64,000 nt of DNA from Octopus vulgaris (GCA_951406725.2 OX597818.1:45136001-45200000), one strand, 5' to 3'. Positions 14,292 through 28,393 are shown, counted from the first letter of the stretch. Program-made: numbers and translations. Notes: generated by a model not told the origin, from the letters alone.

Positions 14292-14548
14292 GTTGTGTCT
14301 GAGGAGAGTCATTTCCTTTTTGTGTCTTATAATGTAACACACTCACCGGTAAAATTTCCACTTTTGTTTTCTTATTTTCCTAAAATTTTCGTTGCGTCTT
14401 GCAAGAGAGTCAAGACTATTGAAAAGGTCGCAAGACGCAACGAAAATTTTATGAAAATAAAAAAAAAATAAGAAAAAATTGAAAATTTTACCGGTGTGTG
14501 TGTTATATTATAAGGCATAAAAAGAAAATGACTCTCCCCACACACAAC
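14292..14548. repeat. About 255-bp imperfect palindrome (inverted element termini)
   Basis: Arms such as caccggtaaaattt...aaaattttcgttgcgtcttgc / gcaagacgcaacgaaaatttt...aaattttaccggtg. Confidence 0.8.
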
Positions 14549-14940
14549 AAAATATGCTTCAACACACGAACTCATATAAAGAATCTTGCAAACCAAATCA
14601 AAAAAACGAAATACATAAAACAATGCATCCTGAATCATAAGAAGTTGTATGTAGTATCTTTATTATGATCATGATGATCTTATATAGAATTTGACAATAC
14701 AGGACAAACAGAAGACAAAATGTTACATGAGTTCGAATGATATAAATATTAGAAATTACTTAAAAAGTATTTTATATATCGTTTAAATTTTCCTTTTACT
14801 AGAACTTTATTTTAAAATAAGACTAAATCAAAGAGAAAAAAACGAACAAAAAGGTTAAAGGATCGAACACGGCAGCCTATAAAAACCTAGCAACGATCTT
14901 TTCCTTTCCTCAATGATTAAGCTGGGTTACTAACACCCAC

Positions 14941-15087
14941 CTTTCTCATCACATCCTTCCATCGTTTCTCGTATTCTTTCGGTGGCAGGGTTCTCCTCTC
15001 CAACCCCATCTTGCTCTTCAGGTGGTATCTGAAGTAAGACAGCAAACCGGGGCCAGAGATGAAAGACCCTTTCACCGAACCTTCCAT
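14941..15087 (-). CDS. Coding exon 1 of a predicted 3-exon, 109-aa gene (MEGSVKGSFISGPGLLSYFRYHLKSKMGLERRTLPPKEYEKRWKDVMRK)
   Basis: ATG in good context (AGAATGG), 147 nt of open non-repetitive frame, donor AAG|GTGGGT in phase 0. Lies at the CpG-rich/CpG-poor boundary. Confidence 0.7.
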
Positions 15088-15766
15088 TCTCGTTCTCCAA
15101 ATACACTCTTTCAGTACTGCAACCGTGCAGTAAAAACATGCCTTACCTTCCTTCGTGAGACCAATTGGCAAGAAGTTGTATGCAAATTACCTACAGACCA
15201 TTTACAATTTATAATACTAAAAAAGAAAGAGCTTTGAATTTGTGTGGGACGAAATTGTTAGTTGCATCGAACTCTACCATCACTTCCAGCCACCTAAATA
15301 TATACATAACACCCTAAAATACAACTTGTAATAAAAGTAGCAACCAAATCTGGTCCCTCCCACAAAATTTCGGGCCTTGTGCCTTGAGTAGAAAAGAATA
15401 TTCATCGTCATTACCATTATTTAATGACCATTTTCCGTGGTGGCACCGTCTGCTTTGGCATGGCTTCTACAGTCGGATGCTCTTCCTAGTGCCATCCACT
15501 TTACAGAGTTTACTGAGTGTTTTTTTATGCAGCATCAGTGACAGTGAGGTCACCATTATTTAAGAGACCTCACTTAAATTATGTGTGTGTGTATGCGTGC
15601 GAGTTTGTGTGTGTGTTATGGATATAAACAGATATTTAGTGGATGTAACAAGAATATGAATTTAGTGTAATAACTTCGACAAAGAAGGAAATGAGAATGG
15701 AAACATTACAAAGGAAGTAATGCAGCTAATAACTCAAATTGGTTTTTTTTTTTATTTTTAAATATC

Positions 15767-16186
15767 TCGGATCTTTTCGGTTTGAACGGCAGTTTTTAAC
15801 ATAATTTCTAGGTAACTAAAAAATTTTAAACTTCGTATACTGGTAGAATGTGTTTATAAAACATCTTTTTCTCTTGGCTTTATTGAGAAAATTCTATAGT
15901 TTGTAAAATATTTGTTGTTGTTTTGTCTTTAATTTCTGCAATTTCAACCAATCAATGACGTCTACTGAAGTAAAAAAAACAACATTCTGTGCCGTATGAA
16001 TATGTCCCTCGTTTAAGAAACTGATTGGGTTTATTTACGTTTGTGAAGAAAAAAAGATACCCTCCCCCCACCCATAACCCTAAAACAGATTGAAATGCAA
16101 TAGAGCGATACTAGGGTCTTAATTATGGGTGACAATTTCATATGACACCGCCAGAAAAAACTGCCGTTCAAACCGAAAAGATCCGA
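15767..16186. mobile_element. MITE with about 30-bp terminal inverted repeats
   Basis: tcggatcttttcggtttgaacggcagttttt ... aaaaactgccgttcaaaccgaaaagatccga. Confidence 0.85.
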
Positions 16187-17155
16187 AACTTGTTTTACTC
16201 TATTACAGCTACATTATATGTCGAGTTATACTGGAAAGAGCAAAAATTCCATTATTGATAATTAAGATATACTTTAAGTATTTGGGATATAGAGAGATAT
16301 TTCGTAGATGCAGTATGAATATAATCCAACGTATTATAGCAAAGAACTCAAAGAGATATAAAATACCGATATTTCTGAATATTGTATGTAGAAAGGCCAA
16401 AGCAGCCGACAGTGTCTGGCGCTCACAAATATATAATAACCCAGCATATGTACTCATGTGTGTGTATATGCGTATGTATGTGTGTGCGTGCGTGCATATG
16501 TGGTTGTGTGTATGCAAGTGTTCTTATTGTGTGCGTGGAAGTGTTTTGTATGGCATAATCGATTATTTGCACAATTGTTAATTCTGGAACTGGAAAAAAA
16601 TCTCCGTGGTACCCCCTCCACCATCCTTTTTTTCCTGCCCTATGAACATGCATATATTGCTTTATGATTCATTTAACTCAGCATAGAGTAAAAGACATCC
16701 ACTTGTAATAAACATAGCTCTATACCAATTGAAACTTTTGATTCCATTCCACCTAGGTATCTCCATACCTACGTGCATACATAAATACATGCATGCATTC
16801 ATAGATCCATATGTCTAACGTGAAATGTAAAAGACGTAAGAATCAACCTCAAATAAGCCGCATCTTACCTCAACGAACATCGTGTCCATAATTATTCACC
16901 TTATCAGAAGCTGTTGAACTAGAAACAATTATTTGTTTAGTCACAGAAAATATTTTGCCTTCTGACAATGTGAGTGGTTGGTATATGAATTGATCAAGAA
17001 CAGGACAAAGGACGGAAGCAGTCATTTTATATATCACCAGGCAATAATAATTGCTTTAGAAGGGTATTGAAAATTACATGTACAGTGCTGTACGAGGGAA
17101 TATAAGCGGGAGTAGTTAAATGCATGTACATATACACTCAAATATATGTGTGTAC

Positions 17156-17221
<66 letters not shown>

Positions 17222-17235
17222 ATCGACTTACATGC

Positions 17236-17266
<31 letters not shown>

Positions 17267-17539
17267 AATATATATGTATATATATATGCATACATGTACG
17301 TACACACATATATATATATTTCTTTATACAAGGGGCTCAACATAGAAGGGACAAACAAGGACAAAGGGATTAAGTAGATTACATCGACCCCAGTGCGTAA
17401 CTGGTACTTTATTTATCGACCCCGAAAGGATGAAAGGCTAAGTCGACCTCGGTGGAATTTGAACTCAGAACGTAACGGCAGACGAAATACTGCTAAGCAT
17501 TTCGCCCGGCGTGCTAACGTTTCTGCCAGTTCGCCTTAT

Positions 17540-17810
<271 letters not shown>

Positions 17811-17814
17811 ACTT

Positions 17815-18394
17815 TGATACTTTGATAGGTTTCGGCCATTATTGGCCCAGGCCATGTCTAACTTAATAGCACCACCTGGTGAAGTCTTTCAAGTCAGAAT
17901 TTGGGCACTATGGCCCACTCAAGTAGAGAGTTATTGTTTACAGAGACATATCCGGGTGTAGGGGGTTTATCCGGGATTTCTTGAAGGAATCTGTCCAAAG
18001 ACTTCTTGAACCCTATAGGGTCAGTTTCTGTTTTAATGTGTTTTGGTGTAATGTTAAAGAGAGCGGGGCCAATTGAGGTGAAATAATTGTGCCGTATTGT
18101 TGTTATGAGATGAGAGTGCGATTTTTGTTTTGGGCGGATGGCACGGGGCCCAAGCCTTGGATGTACCTTAAAGGTGATGCCAACATCATTTGGGCAATGC
18201 TGATGGAATATTTTCCACATCATGCAGATGATGTAGCGCTCACGACGACGTTGGAGAGAATAGAGTTTTAGCTTTTCTAGTCGACCCCAATAGTCGAGGC
18301 CTGTCATGCCATCTATCTTTTTTGTGATTGCCCTTTGAGGTGCTTCAACTTTTATGATACCTTGTATTGTGTGGGGAGACCACAGTGGACAACA

Positions 18395-18395
<1 letters not shown>
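17815..18395 (-). mobile_element. 5'-truncated CR1/L2-type LINE (ORF2 C-terminus and 3' UTR)
   Basis: QRAITKKIDGM...RLEKLKLYSLQRRRERY...GPALFNITP...FKKSLDRFLQEIPDKP. Related shorter copy at about 52610-52865. Confidence 0.85.
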
Positions 18396-18472
<77 letters not shown>

Positions 18473-18988
18473 AACATACGTACACACATAAGGAGTGTGC
18501 GTGTGCATGTACGTATAGGAAATCATACCCATGAATTTAATAATTACATGAACTCACAGCAGCTTGGAAAGAGGAACAAATTCACTTGTTTTATTTTCAT
18601 TAAAAATTCATCAGAGATCGCTTATCTCTTTTCCTAGCTTCTAAGCGGAAGTAGCGTAAACTACTCGTAAAAAGGAAAGATCGCGGAAAATATATCGTAA
18701 TTTCCCTGATGGTACAAATTTTATCCACAGGGGCCTATTAGAATTGGCGAGCTAGATAAAAAAACTCCCTCAGAGACATGTACGACATAACCCAGTTGTT
18801 GTTGAGATAGCTTAGCAAATATGGATACCATTCTATATACCTATTTAGTCACAACCCATGCTCATTGGTAGTCATGTTATTGATGCGCTCAGCTACTAAC
18901 ATTATGTAATATTTTTGATGTCTATGATAATCTTGTTCACTATACATATATATATTTATATATATATATTTTTGTTTTTTCTGTGTCC

Positions 18989-19024
18989 CTTTCTGTAGAA
19001 GAGCGTAGGCTCGAAACGTAAAAG
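18989..19024 (+). ncRNA. Variant minimal hammerhead-like motif in a Penelope-like terminus
   Basis: CTTT-CTGTAGA-A-GAGC(gtag)GCTC-GAAA-CG-TA-AAAG: stems I and II pair and stem III is palindromic ACGT, but A6 is U. Inverted partial copy at 19082-19120. Confidence 0.45.
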
Positions 19025-19164
19025 ACCTTTTCTATTCCTGAGCGTTATACTAATACATCTGTTTGATTAGATAGTGGCTAACGAGCCTACGCTCTTCTAC
19101 AGAAAGGGACATAGAAAAAACAAGGCGATAAAAAATGTATAGTGGCTAACGATCTATCATGGCG

Positions 19165-19228
<64 letters not shown>

Positions 19229-21984
19229 GTACCACCCTATTTAACATGTTCGTGTACACACGACTGTGTGAATACCTTTCGCTGTAGAAATAGTCTCGTG
19301 AGAAAATTCTCATGAACAAATACGTCTGAAAACGGATCATTGAGCAATGAATAATCGCATTGAATCATAAGACGCACGCATTTCTGCGTCGTTAGGCTTC
19401 ATCAGCTACGAATACAGAATCACTCATTTGGGGAAAAGAGGAATTGAGCTACAAAATGAGATGGAAACCACTGTTGTAAATGACACTTGCTCAAGGCACT
19501 GGAATCGAACCCGAAGCAAATATCCCAATTACACAACCATATCTACACCAACACTGTAGGAAGAAGACTAATAAAACCGGGAAACATTGACGTTTAAACC
19601 CAAGTCAGCCCTAATCATGCAGACTTATGATCAAATGTGTTCCAGCCATCATTCATCTCGTTTGCTTATGGCTGTGTAGGACTACATCCTATCATGTGTC
19701 ATGCTGTTAGACGGTAAGATGTGGTTTGAGGGGGAGTTGGCAGCTAATGTTAGTAAGTTAAATCACTATGCAGAGGTTCCTTTATTGGCTTGTTTTTGAG
19801 TGACGTGTAGTCAGGTGTTTGTATCAATTATATGTAATTCAACATATGTTGAACAAGTTACTACGTAAGACTATTTCTTTAAAAGCTCTTACGAACTTAT
19901 TTTATGTTAAAATATCCATTACAGTGCAATTAGTTGTTTAGATGTTATTGGACAGTATTAATAAACAAGATTTTCAAACTCATGCTGCCTTGAAATTTTT
20001 GGTTTTATTTTCATTCCACATCCGTAATTTCTGTACTATCCGACATATAGTCTCACCTAACTATCTGTCTGATCTATCTTTATCGGTGAAAAAGAATTGT
20101 ACTGAGGGAAAGTAAAATGTATATAACTTAAAATTGCACCAATAAAAACAAAACATAAGAATAAAAAATGCCGAACCTAATTTCTTTTATGTAATTAAAA
20201 GAAACAAACAATTTGAACATCTCACTTCTGCTTGTCATTGTATGTCGTGTGTATATGCTGAGAGAATAGATACAACTCACGAATCTGGACTGAATATTAT
20301 TAAGCCTCAGACAAATACGTGTCAATTTAAATTATATTTAGACTCATTCCAACAGTCTCAGCTATATTGGAATAACCAATACTGTTTGACTGTGTTCACA
20401 TCAAGTGTTATTTATACACTGACAGTTATATATCGTAATGACAACTCTGGTTCTTTGTTCATAATATGAAACTTCATCCTAAAGCCCTGATCGCCGTGTA
20501 CCTATCGTACATGTTTCGCCATCTTTTATTAAGTTGTTGAGGCTGAAACGATCGTTATCGCCAGTTTTAAATGACTGATAAAAAAAAAATCTATCCTTGC
20601 ATCATACAGTGAGTACAAAACATGATAGTCAATCACTTCCATTGGACCAATTTCAAGGGAAATATTAGAACACACATACATATGCGCACGCACGAGAGTG
20701 TAATGCTTTGGTTTATAATATTTAAATAACGAACTAGTTTACAATCGTTTCATAAAATTAACATTTGATTTCGTTCTGGGGAATATGTTTCCTTCTTTGT
20801 GTTTGCAATAATTGCTGTGTTGTATCACCAATGCTTATGACGTATTTGTATAACATATTCATGAGCATTTTAAATAATATCAAATATTTTAAACGAGAAA
20901 ATCTGTCTTGGCAAAACCCTTCAGAATTACACAATAGTACTTAGGATTAGAATCCTGGTATAGAGGCGAGATAGTCGAGAAGATAAGGTATTAAAAATCA
21001 TTACTTGGTAACGAGTTTAAAATTACTTCCGGCGTTTCGTTTTCTTGGCCCAGGAACATCTATTGTGCATGGTTTAGTGCAGTAAGTTATCGGAAAAAGG
21101 TAGTATAGATCATTTTGGAATATTACTTGTGACAGAGTGGCGTCATATCAAAGAGAAAATTCGTTTTTCTTTGATTTTTATCTACCAAATTTTGTGTAAA
21201 ACATTATCAATGTAACACAATGAAGTTAAAAGTAATTTTTATCTAATTTGCTCGAATGTTCGTTATTTTTTATTAAGTTATATCTTCTAAATTTCTCTCC
21301 GACCCCAAAACTAGGTTCCTTTAACGGAACCTAGATAACATCAACTGAGTTGACATATATATATATACTCTTTTACTTGTTTCAGTCATTTGACTGCGGC
21401 CATGCTGGAGCACCGCCATTAGTCGAGCAAATCGATCCCAGGACTTATTCTTTGTAAGCCTAGTACTTATTCTATCGGTATCTTTTGCCGAACCGCTATC
21501 TGACGGGGAAATATATACACCAGCATCGGTTGTCAAGCAATTCTAGGGGGACAGACACAGACATACAAACGCACACATATATGTGAATATATGACTGTGC
21601 ATATATGTTGTATGTGACTTTGTGTGTGTGTATATAAGTGCATGTGCGATTGTAATCCTATTCATGTGATAGGCATATATATGTTTCTCTGGTGTGTATA
21701 TTTAGGCACGCATGTTTTTGTACTCATGTATATCAATGCGTATGTGTAATTTATGTTGCTAATTATGTATGTATGCAATATACATATACGTATATCTTTA
21801 TGCATTGACCTACGTATATGTATGCACAATTAGTTAAACTTTTGTCAAAACCTTTGTGAGATGTAGGCTAAAAAAACTGGACATAATTATCTGGGACGGT
21901 GAAAAGAAAATGCGTACATTTGCAGAAATCAGTTTCCTAGCAGAAGTTAATATAATGTTAAAGACACAAGAAGAAACATCAACG

Positions 21985-22335
21985 GCAAGTGGTTAGAGCA
22001 GCGAACTCGCGGTCGGAGGATCGCGGTTTCGATTCCCAGATTGGGCGTTGTGTGTGTTTATTGAGCGAAAACATCTAAAGCACCACGAGGCTCCGGCAGG
22101 GGGTGGTGGCGACCCCAGTTGTACTCTTTCGCCCCAACTTTCTCTCACTCTTTCTTCCTGTTTCTTGTCCCCGGCTTCCTACGCAACCGCTGAGCCTGGA
22201 TGCGCATTCATCCATCCGTCGATGACCTGCTTTCTCTTCTGCGGGTCTTACGAACAGCAAAGGACCACGTTTCGGATTTCTCCCATCTTGCAAGCTCTGG
22301 GACGAAGACCGTTCGCTCAACAGCAGCAACAGCAA
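21985..22335 (+). mobile_element. SINE family C, alternative-tail variant
   Basis: tRNA-like head shared with the 23.5/35.4 kb copies but a different 3' half ending accgttcgctcaac. Second copy at 56397-56805. Confidence 0.75.
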
Positions 22336-23059
22336 CATCAACGGCAAATTAATAAGTGATTTTCAAGTAACTACATCTGGACAATAACTTCGGATTTTGA
22401 GGTAGTTAATAAAATAAGAAACTGCTTTAGCGTCAGTCTTGTAAATCTGAGTTTCACAAAAGCAGAACGGACACAGCTAATTAAGAAATTACAATTATAT
22501 GCCATTATGAGAATTGTAAAAATAAGTAAAGAATCCAGACGTTTAGCTTGTATATGTTCATATACACACGTATAGATACACGAGCAGAAGCACACGTGTT
22601 CAGGCACATATGCCCACATTCATAAGTTAAAACACTGATTCCCATATTCTTTAACATACATCTATGCATACTTATTTACGTGTGCACATACATATATACA
22701 TACATACATACATACATACATACATACATACATAATACGTACATACGTGCGTACCGGCAGGGGATGGTGGTGATCCCTGCTGTACTCTTTCACCACAACT
22801 TTCTCTCACTCTTACTTCCTGTTTCTGTTGTACCTTGTATTTCAAAGGGCCGGCCTTGTCACCCTCTGTGTCACGCTGAATATCCCCGAGAACTACGTTA
22901 AGGGTACACGTGTCTGTGGAGTGCTCAGCCACTTACACGTTAATTTCACGAGCAGGCTGTTCCGTTGATTCGGATCAACCGGAACCCTCATCGTCGTAAC
23001 CGACGGAGTGCTTCCACCATACGTGCGTACGTACATACGTGCGTACGTACATACATACA

Positions 23060-23400
23060 TTCAATCTGCAGTTACTCTAAACAGACTACAAGTTAAGGTT
23101 TATACCTGTAATTATTGGGGTGCTGGGGTATGTAACAAATGGCCTAAATACCAATCTTGAGAAATTAGGCTTTTCAAAATTAGAAAGGAGAAAGCTGATT
23201 CAAAGACTACAGATCCAATCCATCACTGGAACTGAAAATATCTGTAAAACTTTCCAGAAGTTTATCATTTAAGTATATGAACGTATCTAGATATGCAAGT
23301 ATATGCATGAGAAAACATACATAAAACAAAACATACAAATCTGCACGTTTTCATACATACATATATACATTGAGAATACATACATAAAGCATACAAATCT
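23060..23400 (+). mobile_element. RLE (R4/Dong-like) non-LTR 3' fragment in (TACA)n
   Basis: Translates [50 protein letters not shown]... and is bounded by TACA repeats on both sides. Confidence 0.7.
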
Positions 23401-23523
23401 GCACACACTCACACACACACACATACATACATACATACATACATACATACATACATACATACATACATACATACATACAAACATACACACACACATATAC
23501 ATACATACATACATACACACACA

Positions 23524-23906
23524 TGGAAGCACTCCGTCGGTTACGACGGCGAGGGTTCCGGTTGATCCGATCAACGGAACAGCCTGCTCGTGAAATTAAC
23601 GTGTAAGTGGCTGAGCACTCCACAGACACGTGTACCCTTAACGTAGTTCTCGGGGATATTCAGCGTGACACAGAGAGTGACAAGGCCGGCCCTTTGAAAT
23701 ACAGGTACAACAGAAACAGGAAGTAAGAGTGAGAGAAAGTTGTGGTGAAAGAGTACAGCAGGGATCACCACCATCCCCTGCCAGAGCCTCGTGGAGCTTT
23801 AGGTGTTTTCGCCCAATAAACACTCACAACGCCCGGTCTGGGAATCGAAACCGCGATCCTACGACCGCGAGTCCGCTGCCCTAACCACTGGGCCATTGCG
23901 CCTCCA
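23524..23906 (-). mobile_element. SINE family C, full length
   Basis: tRNA-like head ggaggcgcaatggcccagtggttagggcagcggactc...gtttcgattccc and tail accgacggagtgcttcca. Near-identical copies at 35360-35742(-) and 22755-23016(+, partial). Confidence 0.9.
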
Positions 23907-23945
23907 TACACATACATACATACATACATACATACATACATACAT

Positions 23946-24032
<87 letters not shown>

Positions 24033-24922
24033 AACATACAAACAAACAAACAAAGCTTGTTGCCAACAATGAAAACAATTATTTGACAGAAAATTATTGG
24101 CTCATTTCTTGCTCAACTATTACTTTCAAAGTCTAAACGAAACGTTTGATTTTCTTCCCGGCTCATATCTTCTGGATTCACAGCACTTGGAAAAAGTTAC
24201 CGGCTTCACTGTAGCTGCCTTAGAAAGACTCACAGACACTTAGTCACTAATGTAACTGAAAGCAGAACTATCGTCTCAGATGTTATGAACGGTCTTTCTG
24301 TTTCCTCTTTACTATACAACCAGTGTTACAAATACGTAGATAACGACGCAAAAAGTAACCAAAGAAACTTCCTCAAAAAAGTTTCCACAGAAATAGTGAT
24401 AATGACAGGTTCTACTCCAAAAGGGGAATAGCAGCTAAATTTGTCCTGATAGCTTTCAGTGTTGTACGGTAGGATTAATAAAGTTAAACAACAGTAGTAA
24501 AAATAAATACATCAGCCAAGAACTAAAACGTGAAAAAGAACATCAGAATTGCAGGAACAGGATGGACTAGCCTTCTATCCACCTCTATCAAGGAATTTAG
24601 CTCATATAGGACCCACTATTCATAACACCTCACAAAGATTTCATCTATTTTAGGAACCATACATCGCATGGAAGTTATTCAAAATGTTGCTTCTCGATGA
24701 ACTTTCGTGCGATTCTAGAATTAGTGGACTATCATATCTCAACAAGGACCAAAAATAGGTTATGTATGATTATACCTTTTGAAAACTTGAAGAGGATGCT
24801 AAAATTGACGGGAAGTGTCGACCTCTCTTGGACTCGTGACCTTTATATCATACTGGATTTTGAAATTTATATTTACGCAACAATCAAAGAGAAGGTGATA
24901 GCCACAAAATATCTAATGAACA

Positions 24923-24967
<45 letters not shown>

Positions 24968-25408
24968 AATGGAGAGAAAAGAGAGAGATAGAGAGAAGGG
25001 GAGGGAAGGAGGGAGATTCTTAAATTCTCAAGATGCGATTGTAAATGATTACGTTACATTTCGGTGAAACATATGATTAGCAGCTGCAAAAAAATGTCAT
25101 TAAGACAATATGACCCAATGCGACACGATATTGTTGCTAAACCTACTCGTATATGCAATATCTTCCATAGGAAAGGTAGCTCAATATAGAAAAACTCTTC
25201 AGGTGTTGATTACATGTATACGTATCCACGCAAGAAAGACTGGTGGAATATTCTCGACAAAATTTTCACTAAATGCAAGCATGACAGGCTTGACAGTAAA
25301 GAAAAGAATGCGTTGTCATAAGAGCCAGCTGCCCTGCATTTCTTTCAAAATCGTTGTGTAAGTGAATATTTATGTATGTTTGGAAACTTATAGCTTCTTT
25401 ACCTAGTA

Positions 25409-25933
25409 CAGTAACACCACACTTTACGCGGGCCGGCTTTACATTCTCCCGGATTAACGAGTTTTATTTTTCAGCTCACTTCTGTATGGTGAGCTGAAAT
25501 TTTTCAAGGCACAAGATCCAAATTTTGAACGAAGGGCAAAAGTTTCTACTACCATAACAAATGCTTCTGCGAGTTACCGACTTGTATTTTAAAAAGAAAT
25601 TTACAAGTCTGTCTACGAGTGCTTGAGAATCGGCGATCACATCTACAAGTGATGGTGTGCGCAAGTCTAGTGCGAGTGAAAGTGATTTAGAAAACGATAA
25701 TAGTAATATCTCGGCATTCTTTTTACTTTACATAAATTATTCTTTACATTCTACTGTTGTTTTATTGCCATTTAATTTTCGAATATTATAAATTTTATTG
25801 GTAAAATATTCTTCTGGGAACGAATTACGATTTTACAACATTGCTACAATGGGAAAGTATTGTTCTGCTTTACAAGTTTTCGCTTTACGAGCGGTCTCCG
25901 GGACAAATTAACTCGTATATCGAGGCCTTACTG
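25409..25933 (+). mobile_element. Tigger/pogo-type internally deleted DNA transposon
   Basis: TA|CAGTAA...TTACTG|TA ends. Internal peptide FKAQDPNFERRAKVSTTITNASASYR resembles a Tigger transposase C-terminus. Confidence 0.65.
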
Positions 25934-26321
25934 TATATAAACTCTCATTTATTCCTGAAACTGATAGTGTACTTTGTTATGTTAGTAAATACCGATGCAG
26001 CAATCTCGAAAAACTTAAGCTTTGAGACAAAGTGAGCGACCAGCTTACATGCATGCATCATTTACAATCTGTAAGTGGAGCAGTAAAAATATGCAAGGTT
26101 TTTCTAAAACTAGTATGCTTTTACTCATCATAGGCACAGGAGTGGCTCAGTGGTAAGTAGCTTGCTTACCAACCACATGGTTCAGGATTCAGTCTCACTG
26201 CGTGGCACCTTGGGCAAGTGTCTTCTACAACAGCTACTTACCACCCAGCCACTCCTACGCCTAGGAGTGGCTGTGTGGTAAATATATATATATACGCATG
26301 TATATATATATATATATATAT

Positions 26322-26862
26322 AAGCAAAACGCCCCCCCCGTCCAATGGACGGTGGTGAGTTGTCAAACATTTAAACCAAATTTTCTCAAAACAACTTGTC
26401 CGACCGTCCCATAGGCCCTTTGAGAAACACTGATTTAACCTAAATTTGAGTCACCAGCAAAAGAAGAAATAAAGATACTTTTTCTATTCCAAAGAAAAAC
26501 GATTTTATTCACACAAATATGCAACCGAAGTGTTTAAAGTAGCAACAATGATAAGGCTGTTGACTGGGAGAACACAAACATAGTTTAAATAGTAAGCTTG
26601 GCAGGAAAGAAACGTGCCTTTAAGCAGTACAAAAACAACAAAAAATGGAAAGTGCAGTTATGTATAGGCTGACAGAAGAAAAGCAGGACAAAAACGGCTT
26701 TATCGATCGCATTTTCACCTGGAATCTTTGTAATTTTTTCAAGACTTATACACGCCCTGATACCGCCGGTATCTACATAACAAATTTGAGTGCAATCAGA
26801 TGGAGGATGCCCGAGATCCTAGAAGCCACACACACAGACAGACAGAACGGATTTTATATAAT
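26322..26862 (+). mobile_element. Unclassified non-autonomous element (DINE/Helentron-like) in TA context
   Basis: Second, internally shorter copy at about 37768-38122. Ends acagacagacagaacggattttatata. Confidence 0.55.
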
Positions 26863-26877
26863 ATATGTTCATACATA

Positions 26878-27094
26878 TGCGGGATGCTGAAAAGTTCCTT
26901 GATAAGGGCAAAAGAAAATACAGGAGGGTCTGTTAATTATGATTTTATCCAACATATTCCCCTCTCAGATTCACACACTTAATGCAGCAGTCCTTCAGTT
27001 TTTTTCTTAGCCCTGTAAAAAGAACTCGAAAGTTTGGGCTTCCAGCCAAGCCTTTCGCGACAGCTTGAAAATCGGGAACTTTTCAGCACCTTCT
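26878..27094. mobile_element. Small mariner-like MITE
   Basis: Inverted ends gatgctgaaaagttcc / ggaacttttcagcacc. Confidence 0.6.
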
Positions 27095-27261
27095 TGTGCA
27101 TACATACATACATGCATGCATGCTTCGAGTCAGCCATCTGTCCATCCATCCATACATACGTGATTGCGTGCATGCGTGAGTACATACATACATACATACA
27201 TACATACATACATACATACATAAAAACAGGAGACCCATGCCACGTCTACTAGTGAAGTTAA

Positions 27262-27482
27262 CCCTTTAGTTAACGTATATATTTTAAGATGCTCTGTATT
27301 TCTTTCAATTACTTTAAATATAAACAAAGAATTTAGTAACATAACTTAGTTATCATTCAGCTAGTGTTAGGAACATAAATTGTGACTAAGGTTTGGTGTA
27401 AGATTTTAATTCAGAATTTATGAAAACAAGACATTTGTACTCAGAGCCAGAGCCAGTTTCAGCTGGGTTGGTAATGAAAGGG
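27262..27482. mobile_element. piggyBac-type MITE
   Basis: TTAA|CCCTTT ... AAAGGG|TTAA. Confidence 0.75.
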
Positions 27483-28311
27483 TTAAGCAACTGATTTTTC
27501 TTTCTTATCACTTTCATCGAAGAAAAACCCTTTTTATTCAAGACTGAAGCGATATTTATTTGAAACTTGAAATCACGGTACAGAGAATTACTATAAATGT
27601 GGAGGCTGGACACATCAGCGTCAACAACACAGCTGGAGAAGAACAAGAGAAAAACAACATCGAGAAAGGCAAAAAAAAAAAAAATGCAATTAGTTGCAAT
27701 TTTAGAAGAAATCGAATTATAAAATGCATTATCTAACAGTTATGAACTCAATAATTATTTACGTAATTTCGATAAAATAGCCAAGAAAAGACCCCTTTGT
27801 TGGTTACATATATAGAACGGAATTATGCACACTGAGGTCAACTTCATTCGGAGTTGAATTATTTCATGTCAAAGCAATTACGCCTGCAAGTGACATTTGT
27901 TGAACGAAAAAAGAGAGTTGTTGATCGTAATTTTGTTCACTAAAGTTCGAACAATGTACAAATAACAGTAACCGAACATATTCCAATAAATAGAATATTT
28001 ACGCCTGCAGTAATTATTACACCATGGACGACGACGACAGACAAGATTCCATCGGATACAAACTTAGCTCACAGCAGGGCAGACTGCCCACCTTTAGCCA
28101 CCAGTGATCATTTCTGTAGCCCATGATAATAAATGTATTATGGACTATGAGGCGCAGGAGTGGCTGTATGGTAAGTAGCTTGCTTACCAACCACATTGGT
28201 TCCGGGTTCAGTCCCACTGCGTGGCACTTTGGGCAAGTGTCTTCTACTATAGCCTCAGGCCGACCAAAGCCTTGTCAGTGGATTTGGTAGATGGAAACTG
28301 AAAGAAGCCTG

Positions 28312-28393
<82 letters not shown>

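Noticed and set aside
15141-15147. Minus-strand donor AAG|GTAAGG upstream of the ATG
   Set aside because: The nearest acceptor would give an implausibly short intron. It may be an alternative 5' UTR donor but is unsupported.
17393-17537. Recurrent peptide MRNWY...RPRKDERQSRPRRNLNSE in many ORFs
   Set aside because: Antisense translation of SINE family B.
23830-23906. tRNA-like sequences at SINE heads
   Set aside because: They continue into SINE bodies and lack a complete cloverleaf; not tRNA genes.
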